Source of the DNA: Raillietiella orientalis
Taxonomy: Eukaryota
Reading direction: 5' to 3'
Length of the DNA: 64,000 bases
Assembly (NCBI GenBank): GCA_036172245.1
Contig: JAYWIR010000005.1
Location: forward strand, 4,340,001 to 4,404,000
Positions 1-12,485 of the stretch are shown in pieces. How positions within the stretch are numbered: the first letter of the stretch is position 1; the number at the start of each line of letters is the position of its first letter. The translations under genes were made by a program, and so were the position numbers. The notes beneath the pieces were generated by a model. That model was given only the letters and a program-made list of their open reading frames with translations, ran no database searches and was not told where the DNA came from.

Positions 1-1400
1 AAAACCATACCCAGCTCGAGATCCTGTGGATGCCGAATTTTTTATCTCCCTTTGCCTTCTCCCTCTCCTCCTTCCCCGCGGAAAGGAAACTCCAGAACTG
101 TGAACCAATCCACTCGTATCAGTCTTCCAAAGTAGTGCTGCATGAATGCCTCCTGTACGGTCCTCGGGAACCCGGGAGACCCAAGGAGGGAGGAGGTGCT
201 GAAAGAGTTGAACATTCCTCAGAGCCAAGCGGAGGACCACGGAAAAGAGATGGTGCGTTCCAGGAACCAGTACTTTCGCAGCAAACGCCGGAAGCATTGG
301 TTGGGCCCATGTATGTGCTAAGAGGCCCTTAGAAAGCCACAGCCTTGTCCAGAAGGATGAAATAGAGAGGATGGCAATACCGACAATATGATTGAGAGCA
401 TACTCAACATCCGCCTGTTTGCACTCCCATCAACAGCCATTGTGTGCAGATAGACGCGAACATCTTTTCCTTCCCAATTGGTTAAGCACACCTGAAGAGT
501 TCAGATCCTTCCCTGAGAAGGGTGACCTCAGACAGGCAACAACGAGACGTCGACTTTCCGCTGACGTGGTTCATACAAGCTCACCTCAACCAACAAGAGT
601 ACACAGGCGGAGCCATCCACTCGTGAGCTTCCTGAACACTCATGAGAACTGAAGATGAGGATCCTCAGTGGGTGGCAGGGAAGGCAGCTAGAGCTGCCGG
701 AAGCCCTCTGGCGAACTTCATGAAGAGAGCTTCTCTCTTCTCGCTCTAGGGGCAGCGGGCGACTAGAAGTGAAGCCTGGCAACGAAGGACTTCATCAGCC
801 ACCAAGTGTGTGGACGAAGTGACGAGGTGGACATACTAGTGTATGGGAAGACCAACCCCTGAGCCCAACGTTCCATTCAGGCCGGAGAAAATCTACAAGT
901 GTCTCCATGTCGTACGTATGTCCAGGACCACGTGCGTCCCGAATCCATCGCGTGTTCTCTTCCTCTTCAAAAGACTCTCAGTGCTGCCAAGTCAGGTGAA
1001 CGAAACTGAAGATGAAACTGCAAGAATCGAGTCATCTCCACCATTTTGCGCTGAAGGATCACAGATGCCAGCCACAGCGGCAACGGTCCGACTTGCAAAG
1101 TCGGGAAACCAGAAGATCCTCTACGCAACGTTTTATTCCAAAGGAGATTTTCGAGATCCTGAGAAGGTGGCAAGCGCAGATTCCGGCGACCACCAGATGG
1201 TCCCCAACAGACTGCACTCAGGTCTTCCGAGATCAGCAGAGAAACTGCAGACTGCAGAAAGTTCCGGCAATAACGAAGAGTAAAATACCTGGCGAACCGC
1301 TTGGGCAGGGCTTTTTTTTCATCGAAGCCTACCAAACAGGTGTTCTCCCAGTGGCCACTACGGTGAATTGTAGGGTGCTCTGGTGGCAAAAACCGGTTGC
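1..1400 (+). mobile_element. Highly degenerate L1-like ORF2 C-terminal remnant (tentative)
   Basis: Frameshifted fragments loosely resemble the L1 post-RT region (SLVQKDEIERMAIPTI*LRAY) and a decayed zinc knuckle (HQVCGRSDEVDILVY). They are followed by a T-tract and small hairpins near 1310-1390. There are many stops and the motif matches are weak. Confidence 0.35.
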
Positions 1401-2049
1401 TGTGAATGTTTTTTCTTTTCCAGTCTTTTGAATCCCCAGAGACCGGGTGCGTTTGGAAAAGCGAGGCTGGGTTAGATGAGGCAACTCATCAACAAGCGCA
1501 CCCTCTTACCAAGCAAGGCGACGAATGTGCTGATCCTGCGAAGGGTGTCCCGGCCCATCCAATGAGCAGGAGGGAGCCGACAACTTAGCCATCTGCAGCT
1601 GCTTCAGCTCCGATCCACGCCGAATGGAGCTGTGCAAGAGTCACCTCTCAGACCGCCTTTACATTCTGGGGAAAGGGCACCATCGGCTGAAGAGAATTTA
1701 GAGAATTCAGGTCCACAGAGATGAAGCGAAAGTTTAGAGAAGCGAAAGCAGCGAAGGCAGGAACATGTGGACGCTGGACAGGGAAGACACTGTCCGAACA
1801 AAGATCCATCCGAATACCATTTTCCACCAATGCATGGGAAAGAAAATCGCCTCTAGCATGCGCATCCTCCTACGCAAGGCACCATACCTCCCCTTATCAT
1901 AACAAAACACCCTCACCAAAAGGAGACTACGTCTTGAGTGGGGGGCAGCACCATGAGTTGGGACGTTTTCTTTTTAATGGGGAATGCCTGAGGATTGGAG
2001 GTTGCAGATCCCTCCACGCGGCGCGGTTCCGTATCCTGCCTGTGTGAGC

Positions 2050-2533
2050 TCCACCAACGAGGAGCGGCGTGGTCAGCAAGTGCAGGTGGTTGCGTCGTGC
2101 GGGAAGAGTCCCTCAAACACGTACACCGTCATCGCAGCAGCAGTTCGACGTCTGATTGAAGATGAACTGGTGGCCCGGATCAGGAGCACCAACCACACGC
2201 ATTGAGAGCCGTCCTATCCCTGTTGCCGACTCCAAGCCGATGCTCCGGGACGAAGGAAGGGTCCCGCACGCCGATCAAACGAAGCTCAGTGGTCGCTCCT
2301 GAAGAGTGAAGACAGCAGAAGGAGGACGAATGTGGCGGGTGGGATTCCCCTTTCCTCCATAAGAGTGTGGGTGGTCGCCCAAGATCCTGGATTCGTGCAA
2401 TCAGCAAACGTCGACGTAATGAAAGAGCTGAAGACCCCTAGGTGGCGGGCGGGGCACATCACAAGAAAAATGTGATGCTCTCGAACACCCAAGACCCCCA
2501 GAGCAAACTCTGGAAGCATCGAGTGGGCCATCG
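2050..2533 (+). repeat. Dispersed repeat, copy 1 of an inverted pair (copy 2 at 35566-36050)
   Basis: Matches the reverse complement of 35566-36050 directly. Both copies translate to VVASCGKSPSNTYTVIAAAVRRLIEDELVARIRSTNHTH*. About 18 differences over the ~447-bp core by hand count. Confidence 0.95.
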
Positions 2534-3699
2534 CCCGTGGTGAATGAGAGAGACAAAAAAGATCAAGTGAAATACGACGTGGACGAAGAGGAGGAGACTC
2601 CGTTGGTCAAATATGTGAAGATGAAGAGCACCGATTGGTGGTTGAGATGGTTGAGATCTTCATCATCACTTGTTGTGCTCCCCGTACGCATGCTTTTCAT
2701 GCAGTGGATGAACAAACTGTCGTCGGAGATCAGCAGGGAAATTGCGAGCTGCAGAAAGGCCCGACGCTTTTCCACGAAAATCGCTCATATTTTCGCTCAT
2801 CCGATGGATCCCTATCGGAGTTGTTTTCCCGGAAAAAGTCGGCCTGGTTTTTCTTCATCCTGTTCCGCTTCGTTGTCTCCGATTCCTTTTCCTAGTCTGT
2901 CACTGTGTTGAGGGTCGTCCCAATTTGTAGAGGGAGGGGAGGGGGAGGGAGGGGGGAACAGGAAAAAAGGAATCCTCATTTCCAGCCTGATGATCCTCAT
3001 ACCCACCGACGATGGCCGCTGTTGCTGAATCCCGAAAATAAGGAAACGGGAAGCACGGCAGACGGCTCACGTTCGGAGATCGCTTTTACGGGACAAATCT
3101 TCCCCCGGGAACGGCTCTTTTCACTTTCGGAAAGGCAAACAAATGCCTTACAATGCCTTACAATGCGAGAACAGCCATTCCCGTCACGTTTCGCTCGCTC
3201 ATAACGGGGGGATCATTAGAACGTGCTCAACGGCCGCCTCCTCACGACGGAACGTTCAGAGGAATCGTTAAGAATTCCGCCGGCGATTCCACCTGAATGT
3301 TTCTGAAGGTCCCGAGCCCCGTTCCTCGTCGCGCACGAGCGTGCATTTACGAAGGGCGCTTTGCACACGGCGCGCAGCCTCGACGCCGGGCGCGCAGCGG
3401 GCCTGCCGCGAACCTCTCCGAGTGGATCCAGCTCGCTCGCGCGGGAGACCCGTGTCAGCCCCCCCTCTGGGACTGCGTCCTGCTCCCTCCCTCCCTGCGC
3501 TGCGGAGACGTCCACGGAGGAGCGGGCAGCAGCACTCTCGAGCGCCCCGTTCCTCCTTCCTGCCGGCTCAAGGTGAGGAGTAGACGCGGAACGGGAAGAA
3601 AATGCGCCGGGACGCTCACTTTGGGCTTTCCCCCAAGGTGAATCCACAGGGGAGCACCAAACCCAAGATGGTCACCGGGAAGGGAAGCTTCCCCGGAAC

Positions 3700-3970
3700 C
3701 GATCAAAATCCAGAAAGATTATAAGGAATAAACACACGTGCTTATTCCACATAAATTAATGTACAAATGTATTTTAATGGACATAGTTATTCATATTTAT
3801 TACCAGTGATATTACTGGAATAGATATATTCAGTGACATCCATTTTATTAATAAAATTAATAAGCTGTTGATTAGATTGTTGATATGTATATATATATTA
3901 AAGAATGTAAAAAATAAATACATATTCATATATACATTTATATAAAGATTAACATATATCATTTACGATC
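3700..3970. other. AT-rich island (~20% GC) with palindromes, bounded by CGATC direct repeats
   Basis: Hand count gives 53 G+C in 261 bp (3705-3965), against GC-rich flanks. CGATC occurs at 3700-3704 and 3966-3970. Internal inverted repeats lie at 3725-3748, 3776-3844 and 3842-3857. Confidence 0.9.
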
Positions 3971-4529
3971 TTTCGGGACTCCGGCGTTCGGGATTTTAAA
4001 CCGCACGTGCTTTTCCACAGGAGGAGGAGAGCCGACATGGAAGGAGAGGAAAGTAACCCTCCAGATAACCCCTGGCTAGCCGTTAGAACTCGTTCCGTTC
4101 TTGAACTTGTGCTCATCTTCCTCCCCCGTTCTGGCATCACAGAGGATGCACGCCCTTGAGCGTCGAGGAAGGAAGCGGCTCGTTTCGCCCCTGGTGTTGC
4201 ACGAATTGCCATCCGGCAGTGGGAAAGCACGGGAGAGAAAGCCCAGGGGGATCGAACCACGGAATGGAAGAACCCGGCTGCCTCGTTCCCACTCCCGGAG
4301 GCGCAAGTAAGGAAGCGGATTTTCCGCAGCCTGCGCTTTTTCCTCGACCTGTCCAGCCTTTTCCGTTGCTGAGGCGACCGAGGGTTCACCTCTGCGGTTC
4401 GAACCCACCTTTCTTCCGCTCGGCACTGGGGACCTGTTCCCATTGGGTCAAGCCCCCTTGCTCGGTGCTCAACGTTGTCCAGATCTAAGGGTTGTCTTCC
4501 AGAACAACCCGACTGTCCGCAGGTCTGCA

Positions 4530-5595
4530 CACGATCGTTAGGCGGGAGGACCCGGGCATGCCTTAGATGTTGGGCAGCAATGCCATCTTGCTGAGTTCTG
4601 GAATCCCCGGCTCTTGCGAAACGCTGTCATTCTTGGATCCCCATGATACCAGCGGCGTTTGTCCCTCAATCCTCTTGCCGCACCGCTGCCCTCCCTAAGC
4701 GAGGCGAGCAGCAGCAGCCAACTGACGAGGTGAGAAGTTTCCTGCTAGATTGCAGGCAGAAAGAAGGAAATGAGTGGTTGGACCATGTCGCAGCTGACCA
4801 ACGCTGAGATCCCGAGTGGCCTTCCACGTCGACTTGTCCGCTGGAGCGAGGTACTCTGTATTCTTTTTCGAAGAGCTGAAGTGATCCCCAATGCTCGCAG
4901 ACAACAGCACCCTCCCCAGGAAGTAGAGTCGGCACTTCTGCTGCCACACTGGGGTCTTCTCTGAAACGTCCGCCGACACCACTGGACACTGGGAGCGGCT
5001 GAGCGGATGCGGGGAACGGGAAACCCTCCCGCACCTGCTTGAGGGATTATGTTACCCTCCGACCCCTATGACAACGTTTTAGTACGACCTTACATATCCC
5101 GGTTGGCAACCCCAAAGGCGTTTTTAAATTCCTCGTCATGCGTAAGGCCCTGCCGCAGCCGCAGCCTTAGCAGCACTTCGCTGTATCTGCGGCATTGTGG
5201 CGGTCCTGGAGAGACATTGAAGGAGGACCGAAAAAAAAGGAACGCCATCGAGGTATAGCAGACATTCTGCGTATAGCAGACAGGTGGTCCCACCTGGGTG
5301 CTGTCCAGGCGGACCTCACCGGCATTCTGGAAAGGATACAGAGGACTCCCTCCTCCAGAGGACATTGATCTCTTTCCGGCCCTCCATAGTGCCTCTATTT
5401 TTATTTATTTTTTCATTTTATTTTACTTTTTGTTTTCTTCCCTCCCCACCGTTGCCGGGGCGAACCTCGCTGGTCTGCGCACTGGCAACCGGGCAGGTCC
5501 TTAGTTAAGTGGAGCTGGTGGGATCACGCGTGTCCTACCACAACCGTTGCGAGTTTCTTGCGAATTTCAATAAATGCCCCGGCGCGACCGGGGGG
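4530..5595 (+). mobile_element. L1-clade LINE 3' fragment, family A (ORF2 C-terminus plus 3' UTR)
   Basis: Similar to 9410-10302 and 50340-51277 (RLVRWSEVL vs RLCWGELL vs LALWGELL; WSHLGAVQADLTGILERIQRTPSS). Followed by a T-rich tract, the three family-A hairpins and AATAAA at 5569-5574. Confidence 0.8.
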
Positions 5596-6499
5596 CGGAG
5601 CCACTCATCCCTCGAACGAACTCCTGGGTTCCTCCTGGGAGTGCGAGCGCGTCTCCCTACGCTTCCCCCCATTCCTCTTGCGCGCCTCCTGGGAAGCTGC
5701 AGGAGTGCTTGCAAGTGTGCAGCACGCGTCGGGTGCGACAACGCGGTTCCGCGTTTCTCAGGACGCGGTCAGGTCGCAGCGACCACTTCCGGAGACCCAC
5801 TTTCCCATGCCGGGATCGATCGACACCGCTGGTGTGGTCTGTCCCGGCTCGGAACGGGCAAGAGGAGGTGGTCGAGACGTGAGGCACGGATGAATCTGTG
5901 AACCGACCGCCACCTGCCTCGTTACCTCAGAAGAGTCGTCCCTCTGCAGAGACGATGCAGACCCCAAGGAAGTGAATTCCTGTCTTGCCCCCTCTATGCT
6001 TTTATGCAGAAAACTGGACGGGATGAGATAACACATGATGGTAGTGCTCTGGAGCTGCTCTGCTGCTATCTTTCCATCTTGAGGCATTCGTGCTGACGGA
6101 GCATCCGTGATGAGAGGTCAATGACGTCGCAAGCGGGGTCATGCGGCGCGCCCCGAATTCACTTCCTCGGAGCTGGCAGAAGCCTCGTGCCTTCCTCGAT
6201 CCTCAACCTGCAGGACTGAAAAGGACACGCAGCTTCCCACTGACCGCGCTATATCCCGGGAAGTCCCATCGGCCAAACGAGTTCACTGGAAGAAACGATG
6301 CTTCAGGTGACGGAGCAGATGGATGAAGCAACCGTTCCCTTCGAGAATCCGGATTTGGGATTCGAAGGGGGGAGAGGCTGAAACGGATCCTCGAGACTGC
6401 AGAGCTGAGACAGGGGAGCTGCGAGGCTCCGGAGGTCCATTCCGATGATGCCACCGGCTGGGCACGTCGCCTCTTCTTGTCCCCTCCCAAGGAAAGCTG

Positions 6500-7050
6500 G
6501 ACCACGCGAGCTCGGACCGTCTTCCGAGCAGCAGGGCGAGGGCGTCACCTTCCCACAAAAAGAAAAAGAAAATAAAGAGTAAATAAAATTAAACATCTTT
6601 GGGTGGGTTGGTAAGGGAACACTGTCCACCGGAGGAAGTCTGCATCCTTTCTAGGATGCCGGCTAGGTCCGTCCGAATGGGTCCCAAGTGAGGCCATCTG
6701 GCCGCTATTTCCGGAAAGCGAACTGATAACTGGACGTTGCCCCTCTCGTTTCTTCCTCTGTCGGCTTCGCTCCAGATCGCCACGATCCCTCGGGTGTAGC
6801 AAAGAGCTGCTGGGGTTGCGACTGGCTGCAGGGCGTCCTGGACAGAGAGGAATCGTAAAACGTCCCTGGGGGGCTGCCAACCGAGTTCCAATGGGTCGTC
6901 ACGAAGCGTTCCCATATGGGCCGGAGGGCAACACGGTTCACAAGCAGGTGAAGGAAGGATTTGCGCTTTCCGCACCTGCGATAGTCCCTGGTCTGATCTT
7001 TCGTCCCTGGGCCCCGTGGGCGTCACCTTCCCACCAGGAGCCCATCCGGT
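6500..7050 (-). mobile_element. L1-clade LINE 3' fragment, family A, reverse orientation
   Basis: The minus-strand ORF ends ALCYTRGIVAIW...WPHLGPIRTDLAGILERMQTSSGGQ, homologous to WPYLRHTQMELADILERMQRTPSSGQ at 9783-10079. A T-rich tract follows. Confidence 0.8.
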
Positions 7051-9409
7051 CCCCGCGGAGCGTTGGACCCGAGACCTACACGGTCTTTTCACGCACACTC
7101 TGCTTGGAGAGCGGGGCTTTTCTCTCGGCTCGGAGACGAAGTAGCGTTCATCTTCTTCTGAGGCATCACGGATGCTCGTAAGATCCACTCCTCGAATCCT
7201 AGCAACCTCGTCGCGAGCCTCGTAAACAGATGGACACAAGAAACTTTGGATGGCTATTCCGGTTGTGATTGCTCCCGAAACATCGCCCGATATGCTTCAG
7301 ATGACTTTGTCCACGGAGGCTCTGGGTTGCAGTCTCTAACCCTTTGGAGGCGAAGAGCCTCCCGCTCGACTTCCCTTCCACACGACGCGGCGGAGAGCTG
7401 CGTCCACAGCATCTTGGGGAATCTTAGGAATGCGTCACCCGGGTTTCGCTTCTCTGTTACGCAACTCGCCATCCTCCGGAAAGCTGGAGCCACCTCGCGG
7501 AGGCGATTTCATCCGTGGTTTCCACGATGTCTTCTGGTGCTCGCGCGCTCCTTATGTCTTGAAACACTCCCGGAATCGATCTGGATTGGATGCGACGATG
7601 GTGACCTCGCTTACCAGCCGCCCATATCCCAAGAACTCTTGAAGGATATGCTTTGTGGCGTTGCAGCCCAAGTGGTGCGGGTTAGCAATCCGAGATGGTA
7701 GCTTGGTAGGACTCCTTCCCGTGTAGTCTGCCGACGTCTTCCAGTCAGTTTGCTCGCTACTGGATCCAGGTGGTGTCCCGCTCCGCGCGTCAGAAGGGTC
7801 CGCACCATCCCAAAACAGCATCCTCTTGCATCTTCTCCCGATCGGATGGTGACGAAACTCGACTCGCCTTGATGGCACGTGCCCACCGCACCAGCAGTGC
7901 AGTAGAGGTGGGTTTCGGGCTGGGACTGGCCATAAGGAGTGTTGATTTGTCGAGAGTTGCACGATCCCTCGGGCATAGTAGCCTCGCGCCGATCAGAGCC
8001 TCTCCCCTTTCGGCAGTCCTGGTTTCTTCACGGGGGCAAAGAGACCTCTGAAAGACAGGCTCCTGTAGGTGAGAGGTTACACGAAACGGCTCTTGAATGG
8101 TACATGGAGGAGAGTAGGAAGCAGGGAGTTCCCAGTTCCTGACTGGGTGGTTTCCCCTGATCCTCATTGCTGACCACGTTCTCAACGGTTCGGCTCCCGC
8201 CTCCGGCATGGGTGGCTCTCCTAGTGCGTATTCCTTCTCGTAAGTTACGCGGCACCCCTTGGAGCCATTTTTCTCATCAGTGTCAGATCAGCACCCTCCT
8301 CACCGTCAGAGTAAGGCTTTTGCTCTTCCCATCTGTTTGGAACCTCAAAGATTGTTGATGATCAGCGTTCCCTCCATCTCCTGCTCCGTAATCTTTTCTT
8401 GGGACCACTCCCTTTGATTTCCACAGGGCTCTCAAGCACTCGATGTGAGAGATGGGCGTTTGCAGGGCACCGACTGCCCTGCGAACGCCCATGTCTCCAA
8501 GCCAACATCATTGAAAGACATCAGCTGCGAAAGTCTTCAACAGTAATGGGAAAGAATGAAGTAGCAGGAGAGAGATTGCAGTCCACCTCTCGACATCCCA
8601 TAGGAGCAGATCCGAAGGTCGGGTCCGTGGTTCCGGCAGATGGTTCGTGTCTCAGATTCACGGGATGGACTCTGGAGACGGACTCTGTTGGCCTCGTTGC
8701 TGCCGACTGACCATCCAGGAAAAGACAGCGCAGAGCTTTCCGAAGAGAAGAGGCGATCGTGGGTCGGATGAGAGCTCGTTCTTCTGTCCGGGTCGTCCTC
8801 GTCGATGGCATTGGCCACACACTTCGGTCAGGAAGCTGCCGTCATCCAGACGCTCTGAGTTTACAAGGAAAATCTACACAGGTCGGCGAACAAGGCTTGA
8901 CATTGGTGAGCGATCCAGAGGTGGAGGGACGAAGTGGGATGAGCCTCCCAAGGCAAAGCTGTCTGTCTTCGGGCACCCGGCTCTCGCAGACCCAGCATCC
9001 ATTCCATTTCTGATGGTCCCTCTAGCTTCTCCCATTGAAGATGCGGCGGTCAACAGCAACAAGGAAAAAGCACACCCTCTCCCTCCCTCCTTCTCTCTTT
9101 CCCGCGGCGCCTTTTCCGCGATGCCTTCGGGTGATTCACCTCATCGAGGAGGTTCGAGATGGATCCTGGAGCCTCAGCGAGAGAACCTCATTTCATCTGG
9201 CTCGAATCCAGAAGAGCAAGTAGCCGGAGAGAGAAGAAAGTGGAGGAAGGTGGAGAGAAGGCCAGGAGAAGAGAAAGAGAAACATTGTTCGACTGAGATT
9301 GTTATCCTGGTCGGTCCTGAAAAACACTGGAGGGAGCATGACCCGAGATGTACATGTACAGAAAACGGGAGGCACCCTGGTGATTAGCCTCAGTCTTCCA
9401 AGAGAAGAC

Positions 9410-10302
9410 GAAGCGTGCAGCAGCAGGATGGCGGGACACTTGGCGGAGTCCGTCCGTCCCGAGAAAATGCCAAAGAACTTCCAGCTTACGGATTCTGAGA
9501 TCCCAAGTGCCCCACCGAAAGGACGACTGTGCTGGGGTGAGCTGCTGGGAGTCCCGCAGGGCTCGAGTGGCTCCCAGCGCTAGAGAACAACTGGGTCTTC
9601 CCCTGAAGTGACAGGAGTCGGCACTTCTGCTGTTGCACTGGGGTCTTCCGTGCAACCTCCGCCGGTCTCACTGGACCCGGGGGGGGGGGAAGGCGGTGGA
9701 CCCAAACTGCTGCAGGTACGAGGAACGGGAATCCCAGTTTCCGCATCTGTTGGTAAAGTGTGTTACCCTCCGGACTTTGTGATTGCGCTACGCCACGGCC
9801 CTTGGTGCATCGACGGAAAATCGCCGGGACGTGATGAAGCGCCTCTTCGTGCGCGACGCTCTTTCGCCTGCCGCATCCCTGACAGCTCTTTGCTGCTGCC
9901 TTCGAGGGATTGCGGCAGCCCGAAGCTACGGGAGGGGAGAACGGCGCGATAGGGACGCCATCTGCTTTGCCCTACGCTTCCTGCGGACGGCAGCAATATG
10001 GCCCTACCTGAGGCACACTCAGATGGAACTTGCCGACATCCTGGAAAGGATGCAGAGGACGCCTTCCAGCGGACAGTGACCCCTATCCGTGCCCACAGAA
10101 TTTTTTTTACTATTTATTTTTTATTTATTTTTATTTTTGTTTGCCCCTTCCCCTCCGCTGCCGAGGTGAACCTCGACAGTCTGCGTGACGGTTACCGGTC
10201 AACAGGTTCCGAACGCTTTCGGACGATGTAGAACAGATAGCTCTACACATGTATGTTTATTATTTTTATAAGTAACGCCCTGGTGCTACCAAGTGTTAAA
10301 CC
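9410..10302 (+). mobile_element. L1-clade LINE 3' fragment, family A
   Basis: Encodes SEIPSAPPKGRLCWGELLGVP (cf. SATPSAPPKGLALWGELL in the RT-bearing copy) and RLFVRDALSP...ILERMQRTPSSGQ*. A T-tract and the conserved 3'-UTR hairpins follow (10155-10295). Confidence 0.85.
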
Positions 10303-12380
10303 AAAGAACTTTCCCGGGCTATCGCGAGGCGCCCCGCAACCTCCTGCTATACTTCATCTCTTTCCTGGTATTATTGATGACATTCGGAGACGACGCCTTC
10401 GGATGCTGTCGGCTGGAGAGATGGCCAAGAACCACCTTGTTACCCTCTCCGCTCCACCGTTCCCTCTGCCGGAGGGGTAGCTCACGAGAACACGTTCCCA
10501 GGGTTTCCGGAAGCGCACCCGAGAGCACACCCCGAGGCAGCCCCGTTGGGAGACGCGGAGAACGACAGCCCCGCCTCCCTCCTCGGGGTGCGCGCGCTCC
10601 CGGACGACGGGGTTTTCCCGGTAGACGAGAGAGGGAGGACCCAGCTGCCGTGTTGCGCGAACCACCACTCCCCAGCAGCCCCGCGAGGGTCGCGTCCCAA
10701 CCTCGAGCGTCCTTTCAGACAGCCACGCGCGCTCTGGGAGTAGCCTGCGAGCGGCTTCTTTCCGTTTCCTCCCCATCTTCCCCTCAGCGGTTCTCCTCCC
10801 ACCTGGGAGCAAGAAGAACTTGGGACCGGGTCACGAACCCGGCTACGCTACACCTCGGTCATTTGTTCCCCATCCCACCACGCCTTTCTCCCGAGACAGG
10901 AGGAGCCCGAACTTCCCAGAAGGGCCACTGGAGCTTCCGATTCCGGAACCTTCTGCCTCCCACCCAGGTCTCGGGAGCCACATCTTCCCAAGACCTCTGT
11001 CGTTGAAGGGTGGTGCATGGCAGCTCCCTCAGGAGGGCTCAAGATCTACCAGAGGGCGCATCCTTCCCCCTTTCGCTTCCCCTGAGACCTCGAAAGCCTC
11101 CCGGCCGAGAGGGCGCCAGCGGCGCCTCCCGCTGCGATGGCGAGCGGTGGGGACACAGCCGCGTTGAAGGATGAAGGGGCGGATAACCGGGCAGTTCACG
11201 CGGGTGCCGACCCTCCTCCCCTCCCGCTGCGGAAGCTGCGATCTTTGAGGGGGAGGAGGGGAAGTTGAGGAGAGCGCAGAGAGAGGGTGGCGGCGGTAGG
11301 GGAAAGGCGGACAGTCCCACCACCAGGGGGCGCGCGCCCGCTTGGGTTCGAGGGGAATCCGCCAGATGGTGGGGCGAAACGTCCGCTCCCTCGGATCCCC
11401 GGCGCGCCGCCGTCTCCGCACGAGATAGCGCGGGTCTGTGGAAACTCCGAGGAGGCAGGAGGGCCTCCCTCCTGCCCCTGGTACGTTTTGCCCTGCGTTG
11501 CCCTGCTCTCTCGAGCTCGCGGTGGGCGGAGGCGGGGTAGCGGAGAGCCGTAGCAGCAGGGATTTTCGTTGGAGAGAGCGAGGGAGGGCGGGGAGGAGAA
11601 GGGAAGGAGGGGGAAAGACGAGCTTCTTCACCCCTTTTTCATCTCTACCTTTCGGCTCCGGCGTTCAGGAGAACATCCCCGGAAGAAATAGCGGCCCATC
11701 GAACCGAGGAAAGGGGGACGGAGCAAAGGGGGGAAAGGCAGCTCCTTCCCAGTTGCCCAGAGCGACGACGATGACCTCAAGCTGCTTTCCCGGCCCTCTC
11801 GCGTGGGTTGCCGGGGAAGGAAGGAAAGGGTGGTTACTTTTCCGACCCGCTCCTGGCGTCCCTGGGCCGGGTCACGGCAGCGCCTCCTGGGTCGCTTAGC
11901 CGCGGAACCCCAAGAGGCTCGGACTGTGCCTAGGAACAAGGCTATCGGAACGTTCAGGAAGGCAGCCCTTTCGAGATCGGTGAGGAAACGGGCCGGCTGG
12001 GTCGCGTCTCGCCGGCTGACAGCACGTCCCCTCCTTCTCCCTCCCCCTTCGTCCAGCAGTTTCCTCTGGATTTTGGGCGAGTCCCGGGAGGCGGGGCGGT
12101 CCCGGTACTCCAAGGGAGCAGAATTCTCTTCCGGAAAGGCGAAAGTAAGGAGAAATGAGAAGTGGACCCAAGGGATGGAGTTGCTGCTGCTCCGGGACCG
12201 GGAAAAGTGCTCGCTCTTGTCTCCTGGAAGGAAAGCGGCCTTCTGGGAGGGAACCGGGAACCTGGTTTTCCCGCCGCGGAGGCACGAGGGCGGCGAGCAT
12301 AACCTCGGGAACGGGGCGCCTCGGGGCAGCGAGCTGCTCATCCTACCCCCGTCCTCGTCGCCCCTCTGGACCCTCCCGGA

Positions 12381-12485
12381 CCCTACGCTTCCTGCGGACT
12401 GCAGCAATATGGCCTTACCTGAGGCACACTCGGATGGAACTTGCCAACATCCTGGAAAGGATGCAGAGGACGCCCTTCAGCGGAC
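12381..12485 (+). repeat. 105-bp internal copy of family-A LINE sequence (matches 9970-10074)
   Basis: About 6 differences from 9970-10074. Flanked by the near-identical 14-mers GGACCCTCCCGGAC (12368-12381) and GGACCTTCCCGGAC (12482-12495). Confidence 0.9.

Noticed and set aside
3774..3962. 62-aa ORF in the AT island as a gene
   Set aside because: Its I/N/Y/L-rich composition simply reflects AT content, and no motif is present.
6099..7176. 14-bp inverted match GAGCATCCGTGATG as transposon TIRs
   Set aside because: Several 14-bp matches are expected by chance in 64 kb, and there is no extension or TSD.
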